Source: Promethearchaeota archaeon
GTDB taxonomy: Archaea; Asgardarchaeota; Lokiarchaeia; Sigyniarchaeales; SOKP01
DNA length: 19,106 bases
Direction: 5' to 3'
NCBI GenBank assembly: GCA_019058365.1
Contig: JAHPZE010000050.1
Location: 1 to 19,106 of the forward strand
Part shown: piece after piece, positions 7,769-17,310 of the stretch
How the letters are laid out: every line of letters starts with the position of its first letter
Position numbering within the stretch: the first letter of the stretch is position 1
Position numbers and translations under genes: made by a program
Notes under the pieces: generated by a model
Database searches by the model: none
What the model was told of the DNA's origin: nothing
The model's input: the letters and a program-made list of their open reading frames with translations, nothing else

Positions 7769-9019
7769 TTAAAAAGAGATAATAGGTAATTTGTGGATAA
7801 ACTCCTTAACTAATTCTACTCGCTCCTTTCTCTCTTGTTTATAATATCGGAGAGGATAAAGTTCATTAATTACAAATTTGTATATTTCTATCCAAGTTTT
7901 AGCAATTTTACTAATTTGGTAGTTTCTAGCAACCATTTTCGCATTTTCGCCCATTTCTGCTCGTAAATCATCATCTTTGAGTAAAGTCACGACCTTATCT
8001 TTGAAATCATCAAGATTATCAGCGAGATACCCTGTTTTACCATGTTGAATAACATTTGAAATTCCTGTTGCGTTAGCCCCTACACAGGGAGTACCCTGTG
8101 CCATTGCTTCGATTAATACTAAACCTTCTGCTTCGATCCATGACCAAAGACAAGATAAATCAGCAGTGTTATATAATTTTAATAGATCTGTAAAGGGTAC
8201 ATGACCTAGGTAAGAAACATTATCTTTATAATGTTTCTTGTTAATTAATTTCTTAACTTGGGAGCTTGATGGTCCATCACTTCCTACCAGTACTAAGTGT
8301 GAATCTGGTACTTCTTTTTGGATTTTTTTGAACGTTTTAATTATACTTAATTGGTGTTTTTCAGGAGATAGCCTTGAGGCATATAAAAGAATCTTTTTAC
8401 TATCCAAATTGTACTTTTCTCGTATTCCGTTTTCTTTTACATCAGTAAAATATAAATCAGAGATTCCATTGGTCAAACATACAATAGGTTCTTTAAATCT
8501 TTGATCTCTAAGTAAATCTTTTTTCGATTTCGTTGGAACCGAAACAAGATCATATTTATCAAGAACATGTCTTTCATATCGCCAAACCCAATCCATTCTC
8601 GAAAGTAATTTTCCAAGAACAGGAATATACTGGGCTGTATAAAATGAAAGTGGGGAATTATGTGTCCCTACCATCGGAATACCCAAATATTTAGCCCAAT
8701 TAATTGCTAAAGATCCAAAGCTCGCATGTGTATGAATATGTGCAATATCTAGATAATCATGAGAACAAAAAAAATACCTATGGAGAGGAAAACTGAGTAC
8801 AAAACCAGTTTTAGGAGCTATCTTTGCACCAAAAAAGTTATGGAGGTGGAGATTTTGAGGTTTGGTCTTAGGGGTTTCAATCCCAGGTGCGAATACATGT
8901 ACGTTATGTCCAGTATATTTAGCAATTGCTTCAGCAAGATTTCTACAAGCAATTGCAGTTCCATTCACTTGTGAATACATAGAAGTGAAAAATCCGATAT
9001 CAAGTTTTTGTTTAACCAT
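7769..9019 (-). CDS. GT4-family glycosyltransferase (GT-B fold), resembling glycolipid glucosyltransferases
   Basis: N-terminal FTSMYSQVNGT, HIHT, YASRLSPEK, EAEGLVLIEAMAQGTP (E-x7-E). Confidence 0.92.
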   Translation of the reverse strand: MVKQKLDIGFFTSMYSQVNGTAIACRNLAEAIAKYTGHNVHVFAPGIETPKTKPQNLHLHNFFGAKIAPKTGFVLSFPLHRYFFCSHDYLDIAHIHTHASFGSLAINWAKYLGIPMVGTHNSPLSFYTAQYIPVLGKLLSRMDWVWRYERHVLDKYDLVSVPTKSKKDLLRDQRFKEPIVCLTNGISDLYFTDVKENGIREKYNLDSKKILLYASRLSPEKHQLSIIKTFKKIQKEVPDSHLVLVGSDGPSSSQVKKLINKKHYKDNVSYLGHVPFTDLLKLYNTADLSCLWSWIEAEGLVLIEAMAQGTPCVGANATGISNVIQHGKTGYLADNLDDFKDKVVTLLKDDDLRAEMGENAKMVARNYQISKIAKTWIEIYKFVINELYPLRYYKQERKERVELVKEFIHKLPIISF

Positions 9020-9220
9020 ATTGTGTCAAAGAAAAATGCTTTAAGTTTCTAGAGAAGTCCTTAAGAATAAAAACCATGATTTTTATTTTATAATTTAATT
9101 AAACACATGTTTATATAAAAAGATACGATATTTAATAAAAAAAATTCGATTTTTTAATAAGAAAATAAAGCTTCAAATTAAAGTTAATTGATATAACTTA
9201 GGAAATGGTTAATTAAATGA

Positions 9221-9498
9221 TTAGATAAATCGATTAATTATGAAAATTTTAATGAATAATGGTTTCCTCATAAAAAATATATTAAAACAATTTTGACAAC
9301 AAAAATTTTTTATTTGAATTTTTTCATAGTAAACTAGCCTTTTATATAATATTCCATTAAGATATCTGAATATATCCCTTAAATCATCAGTTATGGAAAC
9401 TTTAGTTACAAATTCTATAAAATCATGATAATCTGATTCAAATTTAGTAAAAATACCTAAAATTCCACTTTAAATTGATTTTTATTCTTATATAACAT
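9221..9498 (-). pseudogene. Probable frameshifted small gene (about 92 aa if repaired) with a CCxxC motif
   Basis: 82-codon stop-free frame 9469-9221 (SGILGIFTKFESDYHDF...KNFCCQNCF...) with no start near its 5' end. ATG at 9498 (MLYKNKNQFK) joins it if one A is added to TTTAAAG. Confidence 0.35.
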
Positions 9499-9646
9499 CT
9501 TTATTTTGATTCGTGATTATTAATTAAACAATTTTTAAATTTTAAATAACACTTTTAATGTAAACTCCTTTATGAAATACATTTTTGGACATGAATTTAA
9601 AATAAAAATAATAAATTTTTTTTGGGTAGTGCAATAACTTATAGTT

Positions 9647-9826
9647 ATGGACGCAATTGAGGAAAAAAAAATTATTAATGAAATTATGAATCAAAGAAGA
9701 TTATCATATTCTATTGAGGTTTTAGAAGTCCAAGGGAATAAATATACCGTGCGTAATAATTTTGGTTCTACAATTACTTATGTGAAAAAAGGAGAGATTT
9801 ATTTCACAGAAGCAGAGTTAGAATAA
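9647..9826 (+). CDS. Unannotated 59-aa hypothetical protein
   Basis: Hand translation: MDAIEEKKIINEIMNQRRLSYSIEVLEVQGNKYTVRNNFGSTITYVKKGEIYFTEAELE*. Helix plus beta-meander pattern, purine-rich coding-like composition, AT-rich flanks. Confidence 0.75.
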   Translation: MDAIEEKKIINEIMNQRRLSYSIEVLEVQGNKYTVRNNFGSTITYVKKGEIYFTEAELE

Positions 9827-9978
9827 AAGTTAAAAATTACTTACTTCTAAAAGTCTTTTATCTTTTAATTAATAAAAAAATAGGTTATATTAAATTTTAG
9901 ATAAGAATTTAAAATAATAATTTTATAAATAAATTAATATCATTAATAAAATATTATAAAATAACCAGTTGATAAAAT

Positions 9979-11112
9979 ATTCGCCGAAGAAGGATAGGAT
10001 CTGACAGTACAGAGAGTAAATTCATTGAAAAGTTTCGAGCGGTTCTTGATGACCATACATTACTTTCAATCTACAATAAAAAAAAGCGATCATTTTGTAT
10101 TATTCGAAAAGATTTAGCAAAATCATACGAGATTGAAGTTGATGCTTCAGAAGCTCCTGTTTTAAATAAAATACTAAATGATCCCGAACCTTATGAAAGT
10201 TCGATGGCTGATTTGAAAATATTAGAGGAAGAAATATTTCCAATAAATCAAGCGTTTCAGAAAGTATTCGGATTAGATAAAGAACTTAAATTGAATTCAA
10301 TTAAGTTGGCAATTGGTAGCAATTATAATGATTATGCAACAATTGGAGAAAATGATTTGATTAAGTTCGATGTTAAACCGACTCTGAGTGGTTTAATGAG
10401 ATTTATAAAAGAAAATAAAGAAAGTATTTTAGGATTTTTAGATTGTGAATATATAAGTGAAGAGGGAAATGTAATATATCTAAGTTGTGGGAAAAAAAAT
10501 TTATCCGATAATATTGCTTCAGTTAAAGTGTTAATCCTTGCATCTATGCAACAAAGAGGATTTTTTCTTCAACAAGAACATAAATATTATGGACTTCAAC
10601 TTTATTTAATCATAGAATCCAGAAAACCAAATGATATTAAATTACTTGAGTTATTAAGGGAATTAGATATTGATTGGGAATTAGTATATTTTAGAAGAAA
10701 ACTTGCAATTCATGATTGGACAGAGATAGAGTGTGAAAGAAACTCAGAGAATCTTAAAAGTTATCTTCGCGCAAAATTTGAAACCTTAAATTATTTTGAT
10801 GTAAATAATATTATACGATTAGTAGTAAAAAATCAATTACCTTTTAAAGTTGCTCAAAAAATGGCTTCTTTGTTATATAAGATGAAAAATCAGCGATCTA
10901 CTCAATTTCAGGATAGAAGGTTTCAGGAGAGTTCGTATCAAGAAGAACAAATTCAACAGGACGAGTATTCAATTACTCTTAAAAAAGCAGAAGTTGCTGC
11001 TGCAGCTAAACTCGCTTGTGCATACTTGGGTATCCAAAAAAAGATAAAGTATGATCGAGATATATCTGATGCGGAGATTCTTAAATATGAAACAGAATTA
11101 ACAAACATTTAA
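9979..11112 (+). CDS. Hypothetical protein; probably about 377 aa from a non-canonical ATT start rather than 302 aa from ATG 10204
   Basis: Frame is open from 9976 to 11112; no ATG/GTG/TTG in the first 76 codons. No family motif recognised. Confidence 0.7.
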   Translation: MRRRRIGSDSTESKFIEKFRAVLDDHTLLSIYNKKKRSFCIIRKDLAKSYEIEVDASEAPVLNKILNDPEPYESSMADLKILEEEIFPINQAFQKVFGLDKELKLNSIKLAIGSNYNDYATIGENDLIKFDVKPTLSGLMRFIKENKESILGFLDCEYISEEGNVIYLSCGKKNLSDNIASVKVLILASMQQRGFFLQQEHKYYGLQLYLIIESRKPNDIKLLELLRELDIDWELVYFRRKLAIHDWTEIECERNSENLKSYLRAKFETLNYFDVNNIIRLVVKNQLPFKVAQKMASLLYKMKNQRSTQFQDRRFQESSYQEEQIQQDEYSITLKKAEVAAAAKLACAYLGIQKKIKYDRDISDAEILKYETELTNI

Positions 11113-11180
11113 TTTCCCCTTTTTATTTTTAATTTAAAAAAAAATCATGAGAATTATGAATTATACAAAATAATCATTGT

Positions 11181-12179
11181 TCATTCGGTTAATCCATAAG
11201 ATTGTTTTAATAACTTATGATTTACATTTCCGATTGTTATACTTTTTCCTGTTTTAATGTTATTTACTGTATAAATTGCTGGAGCAAATAATCCCGGATC
11301 AATCTCATAAAAATTGTAATTTGCAGCTTTAAATGTCTCTATAAAGGGTTTTCCGTAGCTAGAAGATGTATTAGCCGGTGCTTTTTTAAGAAGTTCAAAT
11401 AATTCTTCTTCTTTTTCTTTCTCAACATTTACAGTATAATAAGTTAAACCCGCAGCACTTATTGAATCGTTTGTACGTCCCATTGCTCCAAGATCATCTT
11501 TTGCTATGGGAGCAATCGTTGTAGCACCAAAACCATCACATATCTTATCAATTGGAAATTTTATTTCATGTAATTTATGGATTCCTGTTTCTACTACTCT
11601 AGCGGCTACTTGAATAGAACCCGTCAAACTTGCAGTTGGAGCGCATATTGCATATGTATTATTTGGATCAATACCACATTTATTAGCTACAATATCCATA
11701 ACTTCTTCATTTGGCAATTTTGGAGTTTCAAAAACAATAATAGCACAATTTGAATCGTCAGTATAATCTAATTCTTCGAATATTTTTTCTACTTGACTCT
11801 TAGCACGAGCAGGTCCTGAACCTAAGGATTGAAATATAACTTTTTTTTTCAATTCTCCATCTTTTTCAACTTCCTTTTTCAATTTAACATTCCAACCCGC
11901 TAGCTGAGAAGCCATACACGAGATTAGTGGTTCTGAAGTATAAACATTAACACTTGGTATGTAATGTCCATCAAGATTATAAGAAGAAAATTCAACTGTC
12001 CCTAAACCACCCATGCAAATTTCACCAACAAGTTTTCCTCCACCCCAAGATGCTTTACTCATATCAAGAATAGTAGAACCATTTTCTAATTTATGTATCT
12101 TTGCTTTATAGTATTCCTTATTGTATATGATTTTTTCAGTGATATTTTTAGCCAATTCATTAATTTTTACGTGATGCAC
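11181..12179 (-). CDS. mch: Methenyltetrahydromethanopterin cyclohydrolase
   Basis: ICMGGLG, CMASQLAGW, LGSGPARA, APTASLTGSIQVAARVVETGIHK, MGRTND, FYEIDPGLFAPA. GTG start preceded by SD AAGGTGA. Confidence 0.96.
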   Translation of the reverse strand: MHHVKINELAKNITEKIIYNKEYYKAKIHKLENGSTILDMSKASWGGGKLVGEICMGGLGTVEFSSYNLDGHYIPSVNVYTSEPLISCMASQLAGWNVKLKKEVEKDGELKKKVIFQSLGSGPARAKSQVEKIFEELDYTDDSNCAIIVFETPKLPNEEVMDIVANKCGIDPNNTYAICAPTASLTGSIQVAARVVETGIHKLHEIKFPIDKICDGFGATTIAPIAKDDLGAMGRTNDSISAAGLTYYTVNVEKEKEEELFELLKKAPANTSSSYGKPFIETFKAANYNFYEIDPGLFAPAIYTVNNIKTGKSITIGNVNHKLLKQSYGLTE

Positions 12180-12289
12180 TTATTTTCACCTTATTAAATT
12201 TACTTTTTTTAATTGAGTATTTATTATTAATTTGATAATTTAATTTAATATAATATTAATTTTGCATTTATGATTATCTACTTCTATAT

Positions 12290-13813
12290 ATGATGAATGA
12301 CTCGAAAAACAAAATAGAAAAGTTTATTGAAGCCATAAAGATTGTAAAGGATAACTTTCTTGAAAGTTTGAAAGAAATGAACTCATCTATTCATATATAT
12401 ACACATTTAGATGCTGATGGACTGAGTTCAGGTGCAATCCTAGGTAAATCCTTATTTAGAGAAAATATTCCCTTTCAAATTACCGTTTTACGTCAATTAG
12501 AAAAGGAAGAAATTAAAAAAATCTCTGATAATGTTAAAGAATTTAAAAATTTCTTAATATTTACTGATTTTGGTAGTGGCCAGTACCTAGAACTTCAAAG
12601 ACAACTACTTTTAAAAGAAAATTTTAATTCTTTTATTATATTAGATCATCATCTACCTCAGAATATATCATCTAAGGAAGATATTGATTTAATTAGAGAA
12701 GTCCATAAAAATTCATATCAATGGCACCTTAATCCTTATTTTTTTGGATTTGATGGAAGTTTAGAGATATCTGGAGCTGGTTTAAGCTACTTTTTTGCGA
12801 AGGTTTTAAATGAAAAAAATATTGATATGTCACCAATTGCCCTTGTAGGAGCAATCGGTGATATTCAAAATCAAGGTCCAAACAAATCATTTTTTGGTAT
12901 AAATTCAATAATTTTAGAGGATGCCAAGAATCTCGGACTTATTGAAATAATAAATGATTTAAATTTTTCTTCGTTAAAACCTTTAAATGAAGCAATTGCT
13001 TATTCTAAAGAGATTAATCTGCCTGGATTAACTGGTGATGTCAATAGAACTCTTATATTTTTACAAACTTTAGGGATATTGATGGAAAATTCAAAGGGTG
13101 ATATACGAACCCTAAATGAACTTAATAAGGATGAAAAACAAAAGATTTCTACTGCAATAATTGAATATGCCTCGGTAAAACTTGATATAGACCCCAGTGA
13201 AATCGTAGAAAAATTAATAGTAAATAGATATTTACTGAAAAATGAGGATGTTGGTTCAGAATTCTATGATATATCCGATTTTTCTAATCTTTTAAATGCC
13301 TGTGGCCGAACAAATAGTGCTTCATTAGGAATCGCCATAGCAATGGGAGATAGAAAAATAGCATACCAGAAATCTCAAGCAGTACTGTTAGATTATAAGA
13401 ACTTGTTAATGAAGAGTCTTAGATGGTTAAAAGAAAATCAAAAAATTCAACAAAAGGAATATATTCAATATTTTTTCGGAGAGGATAGTATTCCAGAAAA
13501 AATTATTGGAACTATTGCTTCAATGTTAGTTTTTGAAAATAGTGAAGGATTTGATAAATCGAAACCCATATTTGGTTTAGCAATAAGAGAAGATGAGAAT
13601 GTTTATAAAGTTTCTGGAAGAGCACATAAATATATAGTAAACAAAGGTGTAAATCTTTCACATGTAATTAGAGAAGCGTGTGAAAAATCAAATTTAGATG
13701 TATTAGGTGGTGGTCATCCTCCGGCAGCGGGAACAAAAATCCCTATTGATAAAGCAGAAACATTTCTTGAAAATTGCAATATTGCAGTGCGAAATCAATT
13801 ACAGAATAAATAG
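12290..13813 (+). CDS. Archaeal RecJ/Cdc45-like DHH-DHHA1 phosphoesterase
   Basis: HLDADG, TDFG, LDHH, GAIGD, LLNACGR and C-terminal GGGHPPAAG. Confidence 0.92.
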   Translation: MMNDSKNKIEKFIEAIKIVKDNFLESLKEMNSSIHIYTHLDADGLSSGAILGKSLFRENIPFQITVLRQLEKEEIKKISDNVKEFKNFLIFTDFGSGQYLELQRQLLLKENFNSFIILDHHLPQNISSKEDIDLIREVHKNSYQWHLNPYFFGFDGSLEISGAGLSYFFAKVLNEKNIDMSPIALVGAIGDIQNQGPNKSFFGINSIILEDAKNLGLIEIINDLNFSSLKPLNEAIAYSKEINLPGLTGDVNRTLIFLQTLGILMENSKGDIRTLNELNKDEKQKISTAIIEYASVKLDIDPSEIVEKLIVNRYLLKNEDVGSEFYDISDFSNLLNACGRTNSASLGIAIAMGDRKIAYQKSQAVLLDYKNLLMKSLRWLKENQKIQQKEYIQYFFGEDSIPEKIIGTIASMLVFENSEGFDKSKPIFGLAIREDENVYKVSGRAHKYIVNKGVNLSHVIREACEKSNLDVLGGGHPPAAGTKIPIDKAETFLENCNIAVRNQLQNK

Positions 13814-13837
13814 TTATATATATCAAAAAAATTTAAT

Positions 13838-15145
13838 TTAGATCTGATAGATCTCTCCCGTTTCAGGAGCCACTGAATTGTATTCTTTTTTAACTAATTC
13901 ACTTGCTAAGCTAGTTGTTGATTTATTATCTCCATGAACACAAAAAATATCCCTATTTGAATTTCTTAGAAAATTTAATTTTTCTATATAATTTTGAAGG
14001 TGAATTTTATCAGCATGACTTGAGAAATCAAAATAATCATAATCACATTGCGCTACGATGCTCAAATCTGTAAAATTTTTGTTTTTTCTTCTCGATTCTT
14101 TATACTCGAAAATTCCCTCCTCTAATAAATTTCTCCCTGGTGTTCCTTCCACTTGATATCCTACTAAATAAATTGCTGATAAAGGATCTGATAATATTGT
14201 TTGGATGTAATCAATTACAGCACCTCCCTTAAGCATACCAGAAGGGGAAATTATTACACTACTGAGGTTTTTTATTTTTGCTCTAGTTTTAGGTCTAGTT
14301 ACATATTGAGTTTTCTTTAATGCTTTCCTAAATAACTTTATATCTTTTATATATTCTGGATATTCTAAAAATAAAGTAGATATTTTTCTTGCTAGGCCAT
14401 CAACAAAGATTTTTCCAGAGTAATTATATTTCTCTAAAATTAATAAAGCTTCTTGAGACCTTGCTAAACCGAAAGCCGGTATTAGGACACTACCTCCATT
14501 ATCAGTGATTTTAATGACTTTTTCTACGAATTTTTTCTCAAGTTTTTCTCTAGGGGGATGTTCTTTAAGAGCATATGTAGATTCAATGATTAAAGCATCA
14601 ATCTCAGGAATATCTTCAGAGTTAGCAGGATATACCAAATTAGTATTTTGTGTATTGATATCACCTGAATATAAAATTGTTTTATTGTCTACATCGAGTA
14701 AAATTGATACACTTCCGGGAATGTGCCCTGCATCTAGAAATGTTATATAGAAATTATCAGAAATCTTTTGTCGAGTTCCATTTTTAAGGAAATATGAATT
14801 TTGTTTTAAGTAATCTAATTCTCTATATCCAAAAGGATAAGGATAATTTGATATTTTTATCATATCTCTTATCAGAATTTCAGCTACTGCTAAAGAAATA
14901 GAATTTGTAAAGAATGGGATCTTATCATTCTTATATAATAAAGGTAAAGCACCAGAATGATCAATGTGGCTATGAGTCAATGCGATTGCTCTCAGATTTT
15001 TAATATTTGTATTAAAAGGGAATCTCTCTTCTCCTCTGAATCGAATCCCATAATCCAACATACATTTTGCACCATTTTGGGATTCTATTAGTATAGCACT
15101 TCGTCCAACTTCTCTACATCCCCCGAGAAAAGAAATAGTAACCAT
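13838..15145 (-). CDS. Metallo-beta-lactamase beta-CASP ribonuclease (aCPSF2-like, no KH domains)
   Basis: LGGCREVGRS, THSHIDH, AGHIPGS, SGD, ESTY, SGMLKGG, GYQVEGTPGR, FSSHAD. Confidence 0.93.
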   Translation of the reverse strand: MVTISFLGGCREVGRSAILIESQNGAKCMLDYGIRFRGEERFPFNTNIKNLRAIALTHSHIDHSGALPLLYKNDKIPFFTNSISLAVAEILIRDMIKISNYPYPFGYRELDYLKQNSYFLKNGTRQKISDNFYITFLDAGHIPGSVSILLDVDNKTILYSGDINTQNTNLVYPANSEDIPEIDALIIESTYALKEHPPREKLEKKFVEKVIKITDNGGSVLIPAFGLARSQEALLILEKYNYSGKIFVDGLARKISTLFLEYPEYIKDIKLFRKALKKTQYVTRPKTRAKIKNLSSVIISPSGMLKGGAVIDYIQTILSDPLSAIYLVGYQVEGTPGRNLLEEGIFEYKESRRKNKNFTDLSIVAQCDYDYFDFSSHADKIHLQNYIEKLNFLRNSNRDIFCVHGDNKSTTSLASELVKKEYNSVAPETGEIYQI

Positions 15146-15335
15146 TTTTAAATGTCTCTAAGAATATTTTTTGCTATAAAACACTTACTATATAGTGTAT
15201 ACAATTAGAAAGATAATAATTTTATCAAATTTAATGAAAAAAGATTAAAAAAACTCAAGAAGTAATACTTTTTTTTACATTTTTTTCAATTCTTGTATCC
15301 ATTGGAAAAGAAGAGATTAGTAAGAAATAGAAACG

Positions 15336-16085
15336 TTATTTGATTTTTTTTATAGAATTAGTCAATAAAGCGATAACATTATTAACATTTTTACCAAATA
15401 TTTCGAGTATCTCTTCCCATGTAACAGGAGCTTCATCATCTTTCCAGCAGTCATAATCTGTAGACATAGCGACAGCAGCATAAGGGATACCCGCTTCATT
15501 TGCCAAAATTGTTTCAGAAGCGATGCTCATATTAATAACATCTGCGCCCCATAATCTAAACATCTCTGATTCGGCTCTTGTTGAAAATCTTGGACCTTCA
15601 ATAGTAACAACAGTTCCTTTCTTATGATATTTAAGATTAAGATCTCTTGCTGTTTCAATAAGGATATTTCTTAACTCTTCTGAATAAGGGAAAGCCATTG
15701 GAGTGTGTTTCATATCTCCAGGAGCAAATTCTTCAAAAAAAGATACTTTCCTGAGCCTAGTAAAATCAATAAATTGATCAAGAATAACAAAATCACCTCG
15801 TCCAATTTGTTCTCTCAAGCTTCCGCAAGCTGTTGTTGCCAGTATATGAGTACAACCTTGATCTTTTAGTGCTTGTATGTTAGCCCTATAATTTACTTGC
15901 GTTGGGGGAATAGTATGCTCTCTTCCATGTCTAGCTATAAGAACCACATCAACATCACTAATTTTCCCCAATTTAAGTGAAGAAGTTGGTTTTCCATAGG
16001 GTGTATTAACTTCAATGTTCCTAGCATCCTTTAGAATGTCTGGATTGTCTAATCCTGAACCACCAATTATTCCTATTTTTACCAT
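15336..16085 (-). CDS. mtnP: S-methyl-5'-thioadenosine phosphorylase (ATG 16085 preferred over GTG 16094)
   Basis: KIGIIGGSG, TPYG, ARHG, GSLRE, DQFID, EGPRFSTRAES, INM, TDYDCW. The upstream AGTGA looks like the SD for ATG 16085. Confidence 0.93.
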   Translation of the reverse strand: MVKIGIIGGSGLDNPDILKDARNIEVNTPYGKPTSSLKLGKISDVDVVLIARHGREHTIPPTQVNYRANIQALKDQGCTHILATTACGSLREQIGRGDFVILDQFIDFTRLRKVSFFEEFAPGDMKHTPMAFPYSEELRNILIETARDLNLKYHKKGTVVTIEGPRFSTRAESEMFRLWGADVINMSIASETILANEAGIPYAAVAMSTDYDCWKDDEAPVTWEEILEIFGKNVNNVIALLTNSIKKIK

Positions 16086-16239
16086 TATATTCACTATTTA
16101 GAGTTTTTAAATTATAATATTTAAAATTTTATAAATTATTTTTTATAAAAAATTGCATTTTAATGCTTGAGATTTATTTTCTCCAGCAGTAAATTCTAAA
16201 AGGTTATAATAATATATGAATTACTGAAAAATTTATTTC

Positions 16240-16258
16240 TAAACCTTAATTTACTTTT
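16240..16258. promoter_or_regulatory. 19-bp motif TAAACCTTAATTTACTTTT, copy 1
   Basis: Identical to 17968-17986; lies in the mtnP/kinase divergent spacer. Confidence 0.55.
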
Positions 16259-16260
16259 TC

Positions 16261-17259
16261 ATGCAAAAAACTAAAGTACTTGTTCTCGGATCATTAGCTT
16301 TCGATTATATAATGGGGTTCAAAGAAAATTTTATTAACGCAGTATCAATTGACCATGATAAAGAGGAATATCAAAGTACTGTGACGGCTGACAGTCGATA
16401 TCAATTTTTTGGTGGAACAGCCGGTAATATTGCTTACAACCTAGGATTATTAAATTTAGCAAAAGTGTCGTTATTTGGTTCAGTAGGAAATGATTTTGAG
16501 AGATTAGGATATAAGGAACATATAAGTCAATTTAAAAATATAGACTTACTTGTTGATGTGCATGATGATCTATTCACGGCAGCTTGTTATATTGTGAATG
16601 ATATTAAATCCAATCAAATGATCATTTTTCATGGTGGTGCTTTAGACAAATGTAAGGACATTAATTTAAAGGAAAAAATTACTAATCCGGAGGATTTTAT
16701 TTACGCAATAAACTCAACCCAAAGTGTTGAAGCTATGACAAATTTTGCTATTCAATTAAGTGATTTAAAGATACCATCGATATTTGATCCTGGTCAAGTT
16801 ACGCCACTTTTCCAAAAGGAAAGTTTAATCCAGATACTTAAAAAGTCAGAAATTTTAATTGGTAATGCTCATGAAATAACAAAAATTAAAGAGATATCTG
16901 AATTAACTGAAGAAACAATACTTGAACATGTTAAAGCTATTATTAAAACAATGGGTCCTGAAGGGTCTGAATTAATCTACAAAGATAAGAAAGATAAAAT
17001 TTTTAGGATTCACATCCCAATAGCACCTCCAAAGAAGGTTGAAGATACTACTGGGGCTGGTGATGGGTATCGTGCAGGAATATTATCAGGATTAACTTTA
17101 GATATGACATTATTGGACTCATGTAGGTTAGGAGCAATAATAGGATCATTTGTAGTTGAAACTAATGGAGCTCAAACTCAAATTTTTAATCTTTATAAAG
17201 TAAGAGAAAGATTTATGAAAACTTTTGGTTATATTCCACCAGAATTAGAAAATATATAA
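16261..17259 (+). CDS. PfkB/ribokinase-family nucleoside (adenosine-type) kinase
   Basis: GSLAFDYI, GGTAGNIAY, DPGQ, N..E, DTTGAGDGYRAG; flanked by mtnP and apt. Confidence 0.88.
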   Translation: MQKTKVLVLGSLAFDYIMGFKENFINAVSIDHDKEEYQSTVTADSRYQFFGGTAGNIAYNLGLLNLAKVSLFGSVGNDFERLGYKEHISQFKNIDLLVDVHDDLFTAACYIVNDIKSNQMIIFHGGALDKCKDINLKEKITNPEDFIYAINSTQSVEAMTNFAIQLSDLKIPSIFDPGQVTPLFQKESLIQILKKSEILIGNAHEITKIKEISELTEETILEHVKAIIKTMGPEGSELIYKDKKDKIFRIHIPIAPPKKVEDTTGAGDGYRAGILSGLTLDMTLLDSCRLGAIIGSFVVETNGAQTQIFNLYKVRERFMKTFGYIPPELENI

Positions 17260-17310
17260 AAAAGTTAAAGTAATTTAAAAACTCCTTAACTGAGTCAGTT
17301 TATGGTTTCT

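Noticed and set aside
8238-9044. Three plus-strand ORFs (8238, 8759, 8862)
   Set aside because: Antisense shadows of the GT4 gene.
9827-9968. Extremely AT-rich stretch as a possible replication origin
   Set aside because: No ORB-like repeats or adjacent orc1/cdc6 gene; similar AT-rich spacers occur throughout the window.
14505-14750. 81-aa plus-strand ORF
   Set aside because: Antisense shadow of the beta-CASP nuclease.
17288-17300. Palindrome AACTGA-G-TCAGTT between the convergent kinase and apt genes
   Set aside because: Short, single copy, with a 1-nt loop; compatible with chance.
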